The notes under the pieces are model-generated. The model worked only from the letters and a program-made list of their open reading frames with translations. It searched no databases and was not told where the DNA came from. The position numbers and the translations under genes were made by a program. Below are positions 47,495-57,139 of a DNA stretch of 64,000 nucleotides, one piece after another. Each line of letters opens with the position of its first letter. The first letter of the stretch is position 1. The stretch lies in contig JAJFGJ010000017.1 of assembly GCA_021776175.1 (NCBI GenBank), positions 38,273-102,272 on the forward strand. Reading direction: 5' to 3'. The stretch is from Kiloniellaceae bacterium. GTDB taxonomy: Bacteria > Pseudomonadota > Alphaproteobacteria > Kiloniellales > J153.

Positions 47495-48148
47495 ATGCGG
47501 AACCTAATATATTTAGCGGCGGCAATGCTGCTACTTGCCGGATGCGCGGCTAAAATGGACAAGAAGGCGGCGATGAGCGGCGCCCACGCGCACATGGGCC
47601 ATGTGACGACCGGCTGGAAGGATACGCCGGACAAGCAAGGCTTGCTTCCCACGGCCATCGCCGAAGCCAAGATCGCGGCACAACACGCCGGTTTCGCTGC
47701 CGGTAAACCCGCCGACTTGGCGTGGATGAAGACCCATATTGGCCACGTCTTGCATGCGGTCGATCCGGGCGTCGAGGCCAAGGGGCCGGGCCTCGGCTAC
47801 GGTGTGATCAAGGCCGCCGGGGGCGCCGCCAAGCACATCGGGTTCGCCGCCGCCGACAAGAGTGCCTCCAAGAACGTGAAGACCCATGCCGTGCATGTCG
47901 AGGCTAGTGCCAAGAACGCCGTTACCTGGGGTAAGCTCATCGTCCGTCTGGGCAAGAAGGTGAAGGCGGCGAAATCCGCCGCTCAAGCGGCGCCGATGGT
48001 CAAGAAGATCGCGCAATTGGCAAGCCGCCTAAACGCCGGCGAGGACGTCAATGGCGACGGCAAGATCAGTTGGGGGCCCGGCGAAGGCGGGCTTGAGACC
48101 GCGGCTAAGCACATGAGCTTCATGCGCAAGGGTGAAGGTCTGAAATAG
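47495..48148 (+). CDS. Hypothetical His-rich lipoprotein (217 aa) with an internal repeat and a DxNxDG loop
   Basis: Strong RBS GGGAGGAG, lipobox LLAG-C, host-like GC-ending codons, 11 His. Confidence 0.85.
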   Translation: MRNLIYLAAAMLLLAGCAAKMDKKAAMSGAHAHMGHVTTGWKDTPDKQGLLPTAIAEAKIAAQHAGFAAGKPADLAWMKTHIGHVLHAVDPGVEAKGPGLGYGVIKAAGGAAKHIGFAAADKSASKNVKTHAVHVEASAKNAVTWGKLIVRLGKKVKAAKSAAQAAPMVKKIAQLASRLNAGEDVNGDGKISWGPGEGGLETAAKHMSFMRKGEGLK

Positions 48149-48205
48149 AAATAGACAGAGGACAGGAATCAGGGGCCGAACATGGCCTCCGATCCCTGAC
48201 TTCCG

Positions 48206-49870
48206 TCATCTGGAATCCCGCCATTCCTCGACCCACAGGGTCGTGGTCAGTTGGTGGCCGGTCGGGCGAATGCCGCTGAGCCACTTGGGCAGGACGTAAG
48301 CCTCGGCGCGCCAGTAGAGCGGGATGACCGGCAGTTCCTCGGCATAGAGGCGTTGCAGCCGCGACCAAAGGGCCTTGCGCTTGGGGCGGTCGAGTTCGAC
48401 CTCGATGGCATCGATCAGCGCGTCCATTTCCGGGTTCGCGAAGCCGGTGTAGTTCTGCCCGCCCCAGGCGTTGCTCTCGCTCGGGATCTGCTCGGAGTGC
48501 AAAGTCGTGCGCGGCACGTTCTCGGGCGCCGAGAGCCAGGCGAACATGGCCGCGCCGGAGAATTTACGCTTGCTCACGGTTTCGCCGAAGTATACCCGCG
48601 CCGGTTCGTTGCGTATGCGCGCATCGATGCCGACCTGTTTCCATTGGCTTTGCAGAACTTGTTCGACCAGCTCGCGGCTGCGGTTGCCCGCCGTGGTCAT
48701 GAGTTCGATGGTCAGGCGCTCGCCCGCCGCGTTATGCCGCACGCCGCCTTTCACGATCGACCAGCCGGCCTCGTCGAGCAGGGCTTTCGCGCGCGCCGGG
48801 TCGTAGGGGTACTTCGCGACCCCGGACTCATGGACCCAATCGAGTGGGCTGACCAAGCCGTCCGCGACCGGCTGCCGCCCGGCGAAAAGACGCTCGGAAA
48901 TCGCGCCGCGGTCCAAAGCGAGAATCAGCGCCTTGCGGACCCGCTTGTCGGCCAAAATAGGGTTGTCGAGCATGAGGTCCAGATGCTCGTAGATCAGGCC
49001 CGGTTTGAACATCACCTTGAAGCGGCCCCGGTGGCGCTTTTCGAAGGCGATGGCTTGATCCAGCGTCAGGCCCAACTCCCCGGCCACCATGTCCAAGGCA
49101 CCGGATAGGACATTGGCCTCCAAGGCTGCCGTGTTCTCGATCACGCGCACCGTGATCTTGTCGAAGGCAGGTTTTTGTCCCCACCAGGTTTCGTTGCGCA
49201 CCAGGACGACGCGGGCGCCGGAGACGACCTCCGATATGCGATAGGGGCCGAAGGCAAGGCCCGGATTGGCCGGGTCCGAATCGAAGGCGGTTCGATGGCG
49301 GTAGGCCGCCGGATCGGCTTCGAAAATCGGCCGCTCGATATGAGCGGGGAGGAGGCTCAAGCCGGCCGAGTTGTAGTCGAAGGTGACGCGGTCGACGTGC
49401 ATGACGAAGGTCTTGGCGTCGATGGTATCGATGGCGAGGATACGCCGGAACGCCTCGAAGTTGCTGACCCCCGATTTCGGGTGGCGTCCGACCTCCCAGG
49501 TGAAGGCGGCGTCGGCGCTGGTCACCGGGGTTCCGTCGCCCCATGTGGCCCCGGGTTGAATCTTGTAGGTGAGCGCGATGCCGTCTTTGCCATCCGCCGT
49601 TTTCTCCCGCACCGCCAGACCGTTCTCCAGGCTCGGCAGTTCGGTGCACAGCATGCAGACCAGTTTCCATTCGCGGTCGTAGGCGGTAATCGGACGCTGG
49701 GTCATGGCCAGGACGTAGGACTTCGCCAGCATGGAATCGATCAGGGGATTCAAGGTCGAAGGGAACTGCGTCATGCCGACGGTCAAGTCGCCGGCGCGCG
49801 CCGCGCCGCCGCCCGGAAGCGCCAAGGCCAGCGCCAGAAGCAAGCCCGCGAGCAGACCGCGGCCTCTCAC
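48206..49870 (-). CDS. Peptide ABC transporter substrate-binding protein (family 5)
   Basis: Signal peptide; WGDGTPVTSAD, GPY, DKRVRKAL..ALDR, AKALLDEAGW, ELPVIPLY. Confidence 0.92.
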   Translation of the reverse strand: MRGRGLLAGLLLALALALPGGGAARAGDLTVGMTQFPSTLNPLIDSMLAKSYVLAMTQRPITAYDREWKLVCMLCTELPSLENGLAVREKTADGKDGIALTYKIQPGATWGDGTPVTSADAAFTWEVGRHPKSGVSNFEAFRRILAIDTIDAKTFVMHVDRVTFDYNSAGLSLLPAHIERPIFEADPAAYRHRTAFDSDPANPGLAFGPYRISEVVSGARVVLVRNETWWGQKPAFDKITVRVIENTAALEANVLSGALDMVAGELGLTLDQAIAFEKRHRGRFKVMFKPGLIYEHLDLMLDNPILADKRVRKALILALDRGAISERLFAGRQPVADGLVSPLDWVHESGVAKYPYDPARAKALLDEAGWSIVKGGVRHNAAGERLTIELMTTAGNRSRELVEQVLQSQWKQVGIDARIRNEPARVYFGETVSKRKFSGAAMFAWLSAPENVPRTTLHSEQIPSESNAWGGQNYTGFANPEMDALIDAIEVELDRPKRKALWSRLQRLYAEELPVIPLYWRAEAYVLPKWLSGIRPTGHQLTTTLWVEEWRDSR

Positions 49871-49880
49871 GATGGCTTTC

Positions 49881-50513
49881 TCACGATGGCGCGGTGCTCG
49901 TCAGGCTCGGCCGCCGGCTCATGGTCGACCACCAGCGGTTAAGTTTCGGCACGCTACTGAACAGGCTTTCGCCCTCCGGCGTTTGCCGGAAATAATCGCA
50001 TATCGGGACAAAGTGCAGATCGGCCAGGGACAGGGACTTGCCGGCCAGGAACTCGCCCACGAACAACGCTTCCATGGCCGCTAGCGCTTTACTGGCCGCC
50101 GGAATCGCCGCTTCGATCGCCTTCTCGTCGGGCTTCTTGCCGGTGCGTGCGGCTCTAAAACGCGGGATCACGATTTCCTGGATTATCGGCTGGTAGGCGT
50201 AGGAATCGATGATGCTTATGAACTGAACCACTAGGGCCCGTCCGCGCGGGTCGCCGGGTTGCAGCCGCGGTCCCTGAAACGCTTCATCGATGTAGCGGGT
50301 GATGGCGCAGGTTTCATGGAGCATGAAGCCTTCATGCTCGAAGGCCGGTACCTTTCCGAAGGGTTGGTGGGCCAAATGCGTCGGTTCCTTGTGGTCTCCC
50401 GCGCCTATATCGATTTCAACAATATTGTAGGCGACATCTTTTTCAGCCAAGACCAAACGCACGGTACGCACATAGGTGCTAATCCGCGGTCCATAAAGAA
50501 TTGGCTTTGCCAT
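49881..50513 (-). CDS. Glutathione S-transferase family protein
   Basis: Start MAKPILYG after GAGGG; STYVRTV, QPFGKVP, HETCAITRYID, SLADL. Confidence 0.92.
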   Translation of the reverse strand: MAKPILYGPRISTYVRTVRLVLAEKDVAYNIVEIDIGAGDHKEPTHLAHQPFGKVPAFEHEGFMLHETCAITRYIDEAFQGPRLQPGDPRGRALVVQFISIIDSYAYQPIIQEIVIPRFRAARTGKKPDEKAIEAAIPAASKALAAMEALFVGEFLAGKSLSLADLHFVPICDYFRQTPEGESLFSSVPKLNRWWSTMSRRPSLTSTAPS

Positions 50514-50829
50514 GGTTTCGCCACCCTCAAATGCGATGTTGGCGTTAGATACTGGAGGTTCAAAGAACCCAGCCATGTGAATCATGGCAGAGTCACGCCC
50601 GCTTGGACAAGGCCTATGCAATTCTCCGGGCAGCTAAAGCGATATTTAGGGGCCTACGCGGCCTTGCCTGTGTCCGAAGACAGATTTGACTGCCTTAACT
50701 CCTTGCGGGAACCGAATCCGAAAATCATATACATGATTGTACTCTCTTGAGAGGCTATAGTATCGCGGACCGGTCAGGGGGGCGCCTCCCGCAAATCGCT
50801 TCGAGCACAAAATTACAAAGGGCATTGTG

Positions 50830-52938
50830 ATGAAAAAGACCATTCTTGCCTTGGCGGCACTCATGGTGGTGGTGTTGATCGCGGCCGTGGCCGCGCCGTT
50901 CCTCATCCCGGCGGAAATCTATAAGGAAAAGATTGTCGAGGCGGCGCGCGACGCGACCGGGCGCGAGTTGAGCCTCGACGGCGAGATCGCATTCAACGTC
51001 CTGCCGCGCCTGGAACTGCGGGCCGAGGACGTGGCCTTTGCCAACGCGCCGGGGGCCGCGGCCCCACAGATGGCGACCTTGGAGGAATTGGTCCTGCAGT
51101 TGCAGGTTTGGCCGCTGCTATCGGGTGAGGTCAAGATCGACAGTTTCGTTCTGGTCGGCCCGGTGATTAATCTTGAGATCGACAAGAACGGCCGGCCGAA
51201 CTGGGAATTCGATGTGGCCGAGACCGGGAGCGTGCCTTCAACCGCGCAAACAAGCAGCGAGACGGCGGCGCCAGACTCCGGTGGCGCCACGACGCTGCCG
51301 GAAATCAGCCTGGGCGATGTGCGGCTTGTGGACGGCCTGGTGACCTTCCGGGATGCGCGTGGCGGTGAGACGATAGAAATCTCGGATATCCAAATGAAAC
51401 TGTCGTTGCCCGATCTCGACAGCGCCGTGCGCGCCGAGGGGGCCCTGGTCTGGAACGGCGAAAAGCTGAGCTTGAATTTGGAAACCGAAAACCTGCGCGG
51501 CTTAATCGCGGGGCGGACGACGCCGCTCGGTCTGTCGCTCGAATCCAATCCGGTCAAGCTGGGCTATCGCGGCAGTGTGACCAACGCCGCGCCGCCCAAG
51601 ATCGACGGCGAGATCGATCTGGATGTGCCGTCCATCAGAAACCTGGCGTCGTGGACCGGGAACCCCCTGGAGGCGCCGGGCGAGGGCTTGGGGCCGCTCA
51701 AGATCGCGGGCAAGATCGACGCGACCGACAAGGTCTTCGCCTTCACCGGGGCCAGCATCGGCCTCGACGCCATGAAGGCGACCGGCGATCTGACCGCGGA
51801 TATTCGCGGCCAACGGCCCTACCTCAAGGGCCGCCTGGATGTCGACAAGATCGATCTCAATACCTACATGCCGCCTTCGCAAGAAGGGCAAGCGGCATCG
51901 GGTGTGGGCGCTTCCGGCGGCGGCACGGGCGATACCGGCACGGCGGCGCCTAGTGGCGAGGCGGCGGGACCCGGCGAATGGAGCGACGAACCCCTGGTCC
52001 TCGATGGACTCAAGGCCGCCAACGTCGATTTCACCCTGACCGTCGGCGCCATTGTGGTTCAAGAGATCAAGGTCGGGCGCTCCGCCTTGGTTGTCGCCCT
52101 CAAGGATGGGCTGTTGAATTTCGATCTGACGGAACTCAACCTTTATGGCGGCGTCGGCAAGGGCAAGATCGCCGTCGACGCGCGCGGCGCCGTGCCGGCG
52201 GTGGCTAAAAGCTTCGTCATGGAAGGTATTCAGGCCGAACCGCTCTTGACCGACGCCGCCGGCTTCGACCGTCTTTCGGGAACCGGCCGCATGGATATCT
52301 CGGTCACCGCCAAGGGCCGTAGCCAGAAGGAGATGGTCGGCGCCCTCAACGGCAAGGGCGCGGTCAAGTTCGCCAACGGCGCGATCAAGGGCATCAACTT
52401 GGCGGCCATGGCGCGTAACGTAACCTCGGCCTTCACCGGCGGCGGGGGCGAGGCTCAACAGACCGACTTCGCGGAGCTGTCGGGTACTTTCACCATCGCC
52501 AAGGGCATTCTTCAAAACAACGACCTGCTTATGCTGAACCCCCTGGTTCGCCTGACAGGCAAGGGGTCCTCGGATTTGCCCAAGCGGACCGTGAATTACC
52601 GCCTGGAGCCGAAGGTGGTTGCCAGCTTGCAAGGCCAGGGCGGCGATGCCGCGGCCAAGGGCCTGGTGGTTCCGGTCATCGTCGAGGGACCGTGGCACGA
52701 CATCGGCTACCGGCCCGACCTGACCGGCATGGTCAAGGACTTGGTGAAGGATCCCGGCAAGGCCCTGGAAGGGGTCAAGGGCACGGTCGAGCAATTGAAG
52801 CAGGGCTCCGGGGGTTTGGGCGGTGCCTTGAAGGGAATCCTGAAACCGCCGGCGGGGAGCGGCGATGAGGGGTCTCAGGATAGCGGCGGCGTGATCCCCG
52901 ATCCATCGAAGCTCCTCAAAGGACTTTTCGGAGACTAG
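50830..52938 (+). CDS. AsmA family protein
   Basis: N-terminal anchor, ATGREL, LLSGEVKI, NGRPNW, repeating beta pattern, GAIKGINL, TDFAELSGTF. Confidence 0.9.
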   Translation: MKKTILALAALMVVVLIAAVAAPFLIPAEIYKEKIVEAARDATGRELSLDGEIAFNVLPRLELRAEDVAFANAPGAAAPQMATLEELVLQLQVWPLLSGEVKIDSFVLVGPVINLEIDKNGRPNWEFDVAETGSVPSTAQTSSETAAPDSGGATTLPEISLGDVRLVDGLVTFRDARGGETIEISDIQMKLSLPDLDSAVRAEGALVWNGEKLSLNLETENLRGLIAGRTTPLGLSLESNPVKLGYRGSVTNAAPPKIDGEIDLDVPSIRNLASWTGNPLEAPGEGLGPLKIAGKIDATDKVFAFTGASIGLDAMKATGDLTADIRGQRPYLKGRLDVDKIDLNTYMPPSQEGQAASGVGASGGGTGDTGTAAPSGEAAGPGEWSDEPLVLDGLKAANVDFTLTVGAIVVQEIKVGRSALVVALKDGLLNFDLTELNLYGGVGKGKIAVDARGAVPAVAKSFVMEGIQAEPLLTDAAGFDRLSGTGRMDISVTAKGRSQKEMVGALNGKGAVKFANGAIKGINLAAMARNVTSAFTGGGGEAQQTDFAELSGTFTIAKGILQNNDLLMLNPLVRLTGKGSSDLPKRTVNYRLEPKVVASLQGQGGDAAAKGLVVPVIVEGPWHDIGYRPDLTGMVKDLVKDPGKALEGVKGTVEQLKQGSGGLGGALKGILKPPAGSGDEGSQDSGGVIPDPSKLLKGLFGD

Positions 52939-52977
52939 CAGGCGGCGCCGCTATCTTTTGATCGGGGTGATTTTTAA

Positions 52978-54234
52978 GTGACGGGGCGAATCCAGGCCAT
53001 CCGCCATGTCGCCGTGATCGGCGCCGGTATTGTCGGCGCCTGCACGGCCTTGCATTTAACCCGCGCCGGATTCCGGGTCACGCTCATCGATCGCGATGCG
53101 CCGGGCCTGGGTGCGTCGTTCGGCAATGGCGCGGTCATCGGCGAAGAGGCGGTGGTGCCGGTCGCGACGCCGGGAATCCTGCGCCGGGTTCCTGGAATGC
53201 TGCGCGATCCGCTCGGTCCCCTGTCCGTGCGCTGGGGTTATCTTCCCCGTATCGCGCCCTGGCTCATGCGGTTTCTCGCGGCCAGCAATCCGCGCCGGGT
53301 CGAGGAGATATCGATTGCATTGGCCGCCTTGCTCAAGGGGTCCTTGGCCGCCTACCGGGAGTTGCTGGAAGATGCGGGCGCCCCGCATATGTTAAAGCGC
53401 AGCGGCTGGATCTGCGTATTCGAGACCGAAGAAGGTTTCCGGGCCTTCCAGCCGTTGTTGGCGCTTCAGCACCGGCGCGGGGTTCGCCACGGGCTGCTCG
53501 GCGCGGCTGAATTGCGCCAATTCGAACCGGCCTTGGCGCCGATTTTCGCCCGCGCGATCCACTATCCCGACGTCAACTACACGATTGATTGTCAGGGCTT
53601 GGTCGAGGTTCTGGTTCAGGCCTCCCTGCATCGCGGCGGCACTCTGCGCCGGGCGGCGGCCCATGGCTTCGATATCGGGCCCGAGGGACCCCGCGCGGTT
53701 CTGACCAACGAGGGGCCGGTCCCATGCGACGCGGTCGTGGTCGCAGCCGGGGCCTGGTCCAGGGATCTGGCGAAAATGCTGGGCGCTGACGTGCCCCTGG
53801 ATACCGAACGGGGTTATCACGTCCAGATAGCGGATCCGGGGGTCATGCCCCGCCAGCCGGTCTATTCGACCGAGCGGGGTATTGTCGCGACGCCGCTGGA
53901 GGCCGGTCTTCGGGTCGGCGGCACGGTCGAATTAGGTGGATTGAAGGCCGCGCCCAACTGGGATCGGGCTGAAATTCTCTTGAAACAAGGGCGGCGCTGG
54001 TTTCCAGGCTTGCGCACGGAGGGACATTCGCGCTGGATGGGTTTTCGCCCCTCGATGCCCGATTCCTTGCCCGTGATCGGACGCACGCCTGCTTTTTCCA
54101 ACGCCATCCTGGCTTTCGGCCACGGTCATTGCGGCATGATGATGGGCGCGCGGACCGGAGAAATAGTGGCCGATCTGCTGGCCGGCCGCGACCCGGGGAT
54201 CGATATGAGTCCCTATGGGTCCGAACGCTTTTAA
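52978..54234 (+). CDS. FAD-dependent oxidoreductase, D-amino acid dehydrogenase (DadA) family
   Basis: VIGAGIVG, GASFGNG, AAGAWS, ERGYH, WMGFRPSMPDSLPVIG, FGHGH. Confidence 0.9.
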   Translation: MTGRIQAIRHVAVIGAGIVGACTALHLTRAGFRVTLIDRDAPGLGASFGNGAVIGEEAVVPVATPGILRRVPGMLRDPLGPLSVRWGYLPRIAPWLMRFLAASNPRRVEEISIALAALLKGSLAAYRELLEDAGAPHMLKRSGWICVFETEEGFRAFQPLLALQHRRGVRHGLLGAAELRQFEPALAPIFARAIHYPDVNYTIDCQGLVEVLVQASLHRGGTLRRAAAHGFDIGPEGPRAVLTNEGPVPCDAVVVAAGAWSRDLAKMLGADVPLDTERGYHVQIADPGVMPRQPVYSTERGIVATPLEAGLRVGGTVELGGLKAAPNWDRAEILLKQGRRWFPGLRTEGHSRWMGFRPSMPDSLPVIGRTPAFSNAILAFGHGHCGMMMGARTGEIVADLLAGRDPGIDMSPYGSERF

Positions 54235-54245
54235 GGCGGTTTTAA
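54231..54245. promoter_or_regulatory. CtrA-type box TTAA-N7-TTAA upstream of parC
   Basis: TTAA-GGCGGTT-TTAA, about 58 nt before the parC ATG; the first half-site includes the upstream stop codon. Confidence 0.5.
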
Positions 54246-54302
54246 TGTTTGGTGGCTCAATTTCGACGAATCGACTAATCCTGCGTAATTCCAGAGGAGT
54301 TT

Positions 54303-56558
54303 ATGGGACAAGTCCTGATGCCTGAGCCGGCTGGCCGGATCCGCGATGTGCGCCTGACAACGGCGCTGGAGGAGCGCTATCTGTCTTATGCGCTCTCCAC
54401 CATCATGTCGCGCTCGCTGCCCGACGTGCGCGACGGTCTGAAGCCGGTCCACCGGCGGCTGCTCTATGCCATGCGCCAGCTCAAGCTAGATCCCGGCTCC
54501 GGCTTCAAGAAATCGGCCCGCGTGGTCGGCGACGTGATGGGCAAGTTTCATCCCCACGGCGACCAATCGATCTACGACGCCCTGGTCCGCCTGGCCCAGG
54601 ACTTTTCCGTGCGATATCCCCTGATCGACGGCCAAGGCAACTTCGGCAATGTCGACGGCGATAACGCGGCGGCCATGCGCTACACCGAGGCCCGGCTGAC
54701 CGAGGTCGCCGGGGCGCTGCTGGAAGGTATCGACGAGGACTCGGTCGATTTCAAACCGACCTACGACGATGAGTCGGAGGAGCCGGCGGTCATGCCGGCC
54801 AACTTCCCGAATTTACTGGCCAATGGCGCCCACGGCATCGCCGTCGGCATGGCGACCTCTATCCCGCCGCATAACGTGGGCGAGATTTGCGATGCTCTCC
54901 AGCACCTGATCAAGACCCCCAAGGCCACGATCGGCAAGCTTGTCGAGATGATGCCGGGACCGGACTTCCCGACCGGCGGCATCCTGGTCGAGGCGCGCGA
55001 GAATATCGTCGAGGCTTACAAGACCGGGCGCGGCGCGTTTCGCCTGCGCGCGCGCTGGGAGGTCGAGAAGCTCAAGGGCGGCGGCTATCAGGTCGTGGTC
55101 ACTGAAATCCCGTATCAGGTCCAGAAATCGCGTCTGGTAGAAAAGATCGCGGAGCTTTTATCGGCCCGCAAGCTGGCCATGTTAGGCGATGTTCTGGATG
55201 AATCCACCGACGTGGTGCGCTTGGTGCTTGAACCTAAAAGCCGCAACGTCGATCCCCAGGTGCTGATGGAATCCTTATTCCGTCAAACCGATCTGGAGAC
55301 CCGTTTCAGCCTCAACATGAACGTGCTGGGCGCCGACAACACGCCGCGCGTCATGAACCTGCGTGAGGTTTTACGCGCCTACTTAGATCACCGCCATGTG
55401 GTGCTGTGCCGGCGCACGCGCTTTCGTCTCGAAAAGATCGCGCGCCGTTTGGAGATGCTGGAAGGTTACCTCGTCGTCTTCCTGAATTTGGACGAGGTGA
55501 TCAAGATCATTCGCAACGAGGACGAGCCCAAGCCCGTCCTCATGAAGCGGTTCAAGCTGAACGACGCACAGGCCGAGGCGATCCTCAATATGCGCTTGCG
55601 CGCCTTGCGCAAGCTGGAAGAAGAGGGCATCCGCACCGAGCACGCGAGCCTCAGCGCCGAGCAAACCGATCTGAAGAAGCTGCTGAAAGACGAGAAAAAG
55701 TCTTTGGACGAGGGCGGCCGCGTTTGGGCCGCGGTCTCTGAGCAGGTCAAGGAGACGAAGAAGGCTTTCGGTCCCAAGACTGAGATGGGCCAGCGCCGGA
55801 CCGAGTTGGGCGATACGCCGGACGAGATCGTCGTGCCCCTGGAAGCCGAGGTCGAGCGCGAGCCGATTACCGTGCTGTGTTCCGCCAAGGGGTGGATCCG
55901 GGCCGTGAAGGGCCATGCCGAAGATACCTCGGACGCCAAGTATAAGGAGGGCGACCGGGCTCGTTTCACGCTCCATGCGCAAACAACCGACAAGCTATTG
56001 ATCTTCGCGACCAATGGCCGCTTCTACACCATCAACGCCAATAAGCTGCCCGGTGGGCGCGGCCTCGGTGAGCCTGTGCGCATGATAATCGACCTGCCGA
56101 ACGACCAGGAGATCGTTTCGCTCTTCGCCTACAAGGCGGGGCGAAAGATGATCGTCGCGTCCTCGGACGGGCGTGGCTTCATTGTGCCCCAGGACGAGGT
56201 CTTGGCCCAGACGAAGAACGGCAAGCAGGTGCTCAATCTGGGCGGCGCGGCGGAGGCCGCGGCCTGCAAGCCGGTTACCGGCGATACGGTGGCGGTGGTT
56301 GGCGAAAATCGCAAGCTGCTGATCGTCCCGCTCGCGGAGTTGCCCGAGATGACGCGGGGGCGCGGCGTCACGCTCCAGAAATACAAGGACGGGGGCCTCG
56401 CCGACGTAACCAGTTTCAATCTCGCCGGGGGCCTGTCCTGGACCATGGCCGGCGGCCGCACACGCACGGAGAGCGATCTTCGGGCCTGGATGGGCAAGCG
56501 CGCGGCGGCCGGGCGCCTGCCGCCCAAGGGCTTCCCCAAGAACGGCAAGTTCGGTTAG
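54303..56558 (+). CDS. parC: DNA topoisomerase IV subunit A
   Basis: [48 protein letters not shown]; short C-terminal domain without a GyrA box. Confidence 0.96.
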   Translation: MGQVLMPEPAGRIRDVRLTTALEERYLSYALSTIMSRSLPDVRDGLKPVHRRLLYAMRQLKLDPGSGFKKSARVVGDVMGKFHPHGDQSIYDALVRLAQDFSVRYPLIDGQGNFGNVDGDNAAAMRYTEARLTEVAGALLEGIDEDSVDFKPTYDDESEEPAVMPANFPNLLANGAHGIAVGMATSIPPHNVGEICDALQHLIKTPKATIGKLVEMMPGPDFPTGGILVEARENIVEAYKTGRGAFRLRARWEVEKLKGGGYQVVVTEIPYQVQKSRLVEKIAELLSARKLAMLGDVLDESTDVVRLVLEPKSRNVDPQVLMESLFRQTDLETRFSLNMNVLGADNTPRVMNLREVLRAYLDHRHVVLCRRTRFRLEKIARRLEMLEGYLVVFLNLDEVIKIIRNEDEPKPVLMKRFKLNDAQAEAILNMRLRALRKLEEEGIRTEHASLSAEQTDLKKLLKDEKKSLDEGGRVWAAVSEQVKETKKAFGPKTEMGQRRTELGDTPDEIVVPLEAEVEREPITVLCSAKGWIRAVKGHAEDTSDAKYKEGDRARFTLHAQTTDKLLIFATNGRFYTINANKLPGGRGLGEPVRMIIDLPNDQEIVSLFAYKAGRKMIVASSDGRGFIVPQDEVLAQTKNGKQVLNLGGAAEAAACKPVTGDTVAVVGENRKLLIVPLAELPEMTRGRGVTLQKYKDGGLADVTSFNLAGGLSWTMAGGRTRTESDLRAWMGKRAAAGRLPPKGFPKNGKFG

Positions 56559-56588
56559 GGCGGATTCCGTATAGTTTTACGAAATTAG

Positions 56589-56695
56589 CCCCTCACCCTC
56601 CCGCTGCGCGGGTCCCTCCCTCTCCCGGTGGGAGAAGGTTGCGAAGGCTTGGCGAGGTCAAGGGCCGAGCCTTAGCCGAAGCTGGGTGAGGGGGG
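56589..56695. repeat. REP-like multi-hairpin element related to family B
   Basis: Outer arms CCCCTCACCC / GGGTGAGGGG with inner CTCCCTCTCCC..GGGAGA hairpins; lies between convergent genes. Confidence 0.6.
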
Positions 56696-56730
56696 CGATT
56701 CCATCCAAATGAAGGCCGCGCTCACCGCGT

Positions 56731-57030
56731 TCAACCGCTGGGCGCCGCGCCCGGCCAATCGCTGAAGGGGAACGGCTTCTCATCCGAGTTGAACGTTAAG
56801 TAGCGCACGAGCTGATAAAACAGGCGGCTTAGATCGTCGCTGAAGGTCAGCAGGCGTTCATTGGCTCGCCCGGTGAAGAGAACGAAGCCGAACTGGAACA
56901 CGGCTGCCATCGCCAGCAGGAACTCGGCGATCCAAAATACGATTGCGAAAAGCAGCATGAATAGGCCTCGCGACCAGGTCTCGCGCTCTTTCCAATGCGG
57001 TTTGAACCCCGTTGCGGTTTCGTCGCTCAT
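56731..57030 (-). CDS. DUF4389-like small membrane protein
   Basis: ATG 57030 after GAGGGAG; W.RGLFMLLF, QF..LFTG..N..L, YLTFNSDEKPFPFSDWP. Confidence 0.8.
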   Translation of the reverse strand: MSDETATGFKPHWKERETWSRGLFMLLFAIVFWIAEFLLAMAAVFQFGFVLFTGRANERLLTFSDDLSRLFYQLVRYLTFNSDEKPFPFSDWPGAAPSG

Positions 57031-57139
57031 TACTCCCTCTCTCCTCAGTGGTCCGAGATAGTTATTTGGGTATCCGGCCCGGCTCTTACCAGGGCCCCGG
57101 CTTGACCCTGGGGGGCGATCCCGGCATGACTGCGGCACC

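Noticed and set aside
52978-54234. DadA-like oxidoreductase as a PbfB/C/D-type N-methyl-AEP oxidase
   Set aside because: It lies about 15 kb from the phosphonate genes, directly behind asmA, and shows only generic DadA-family motifs.
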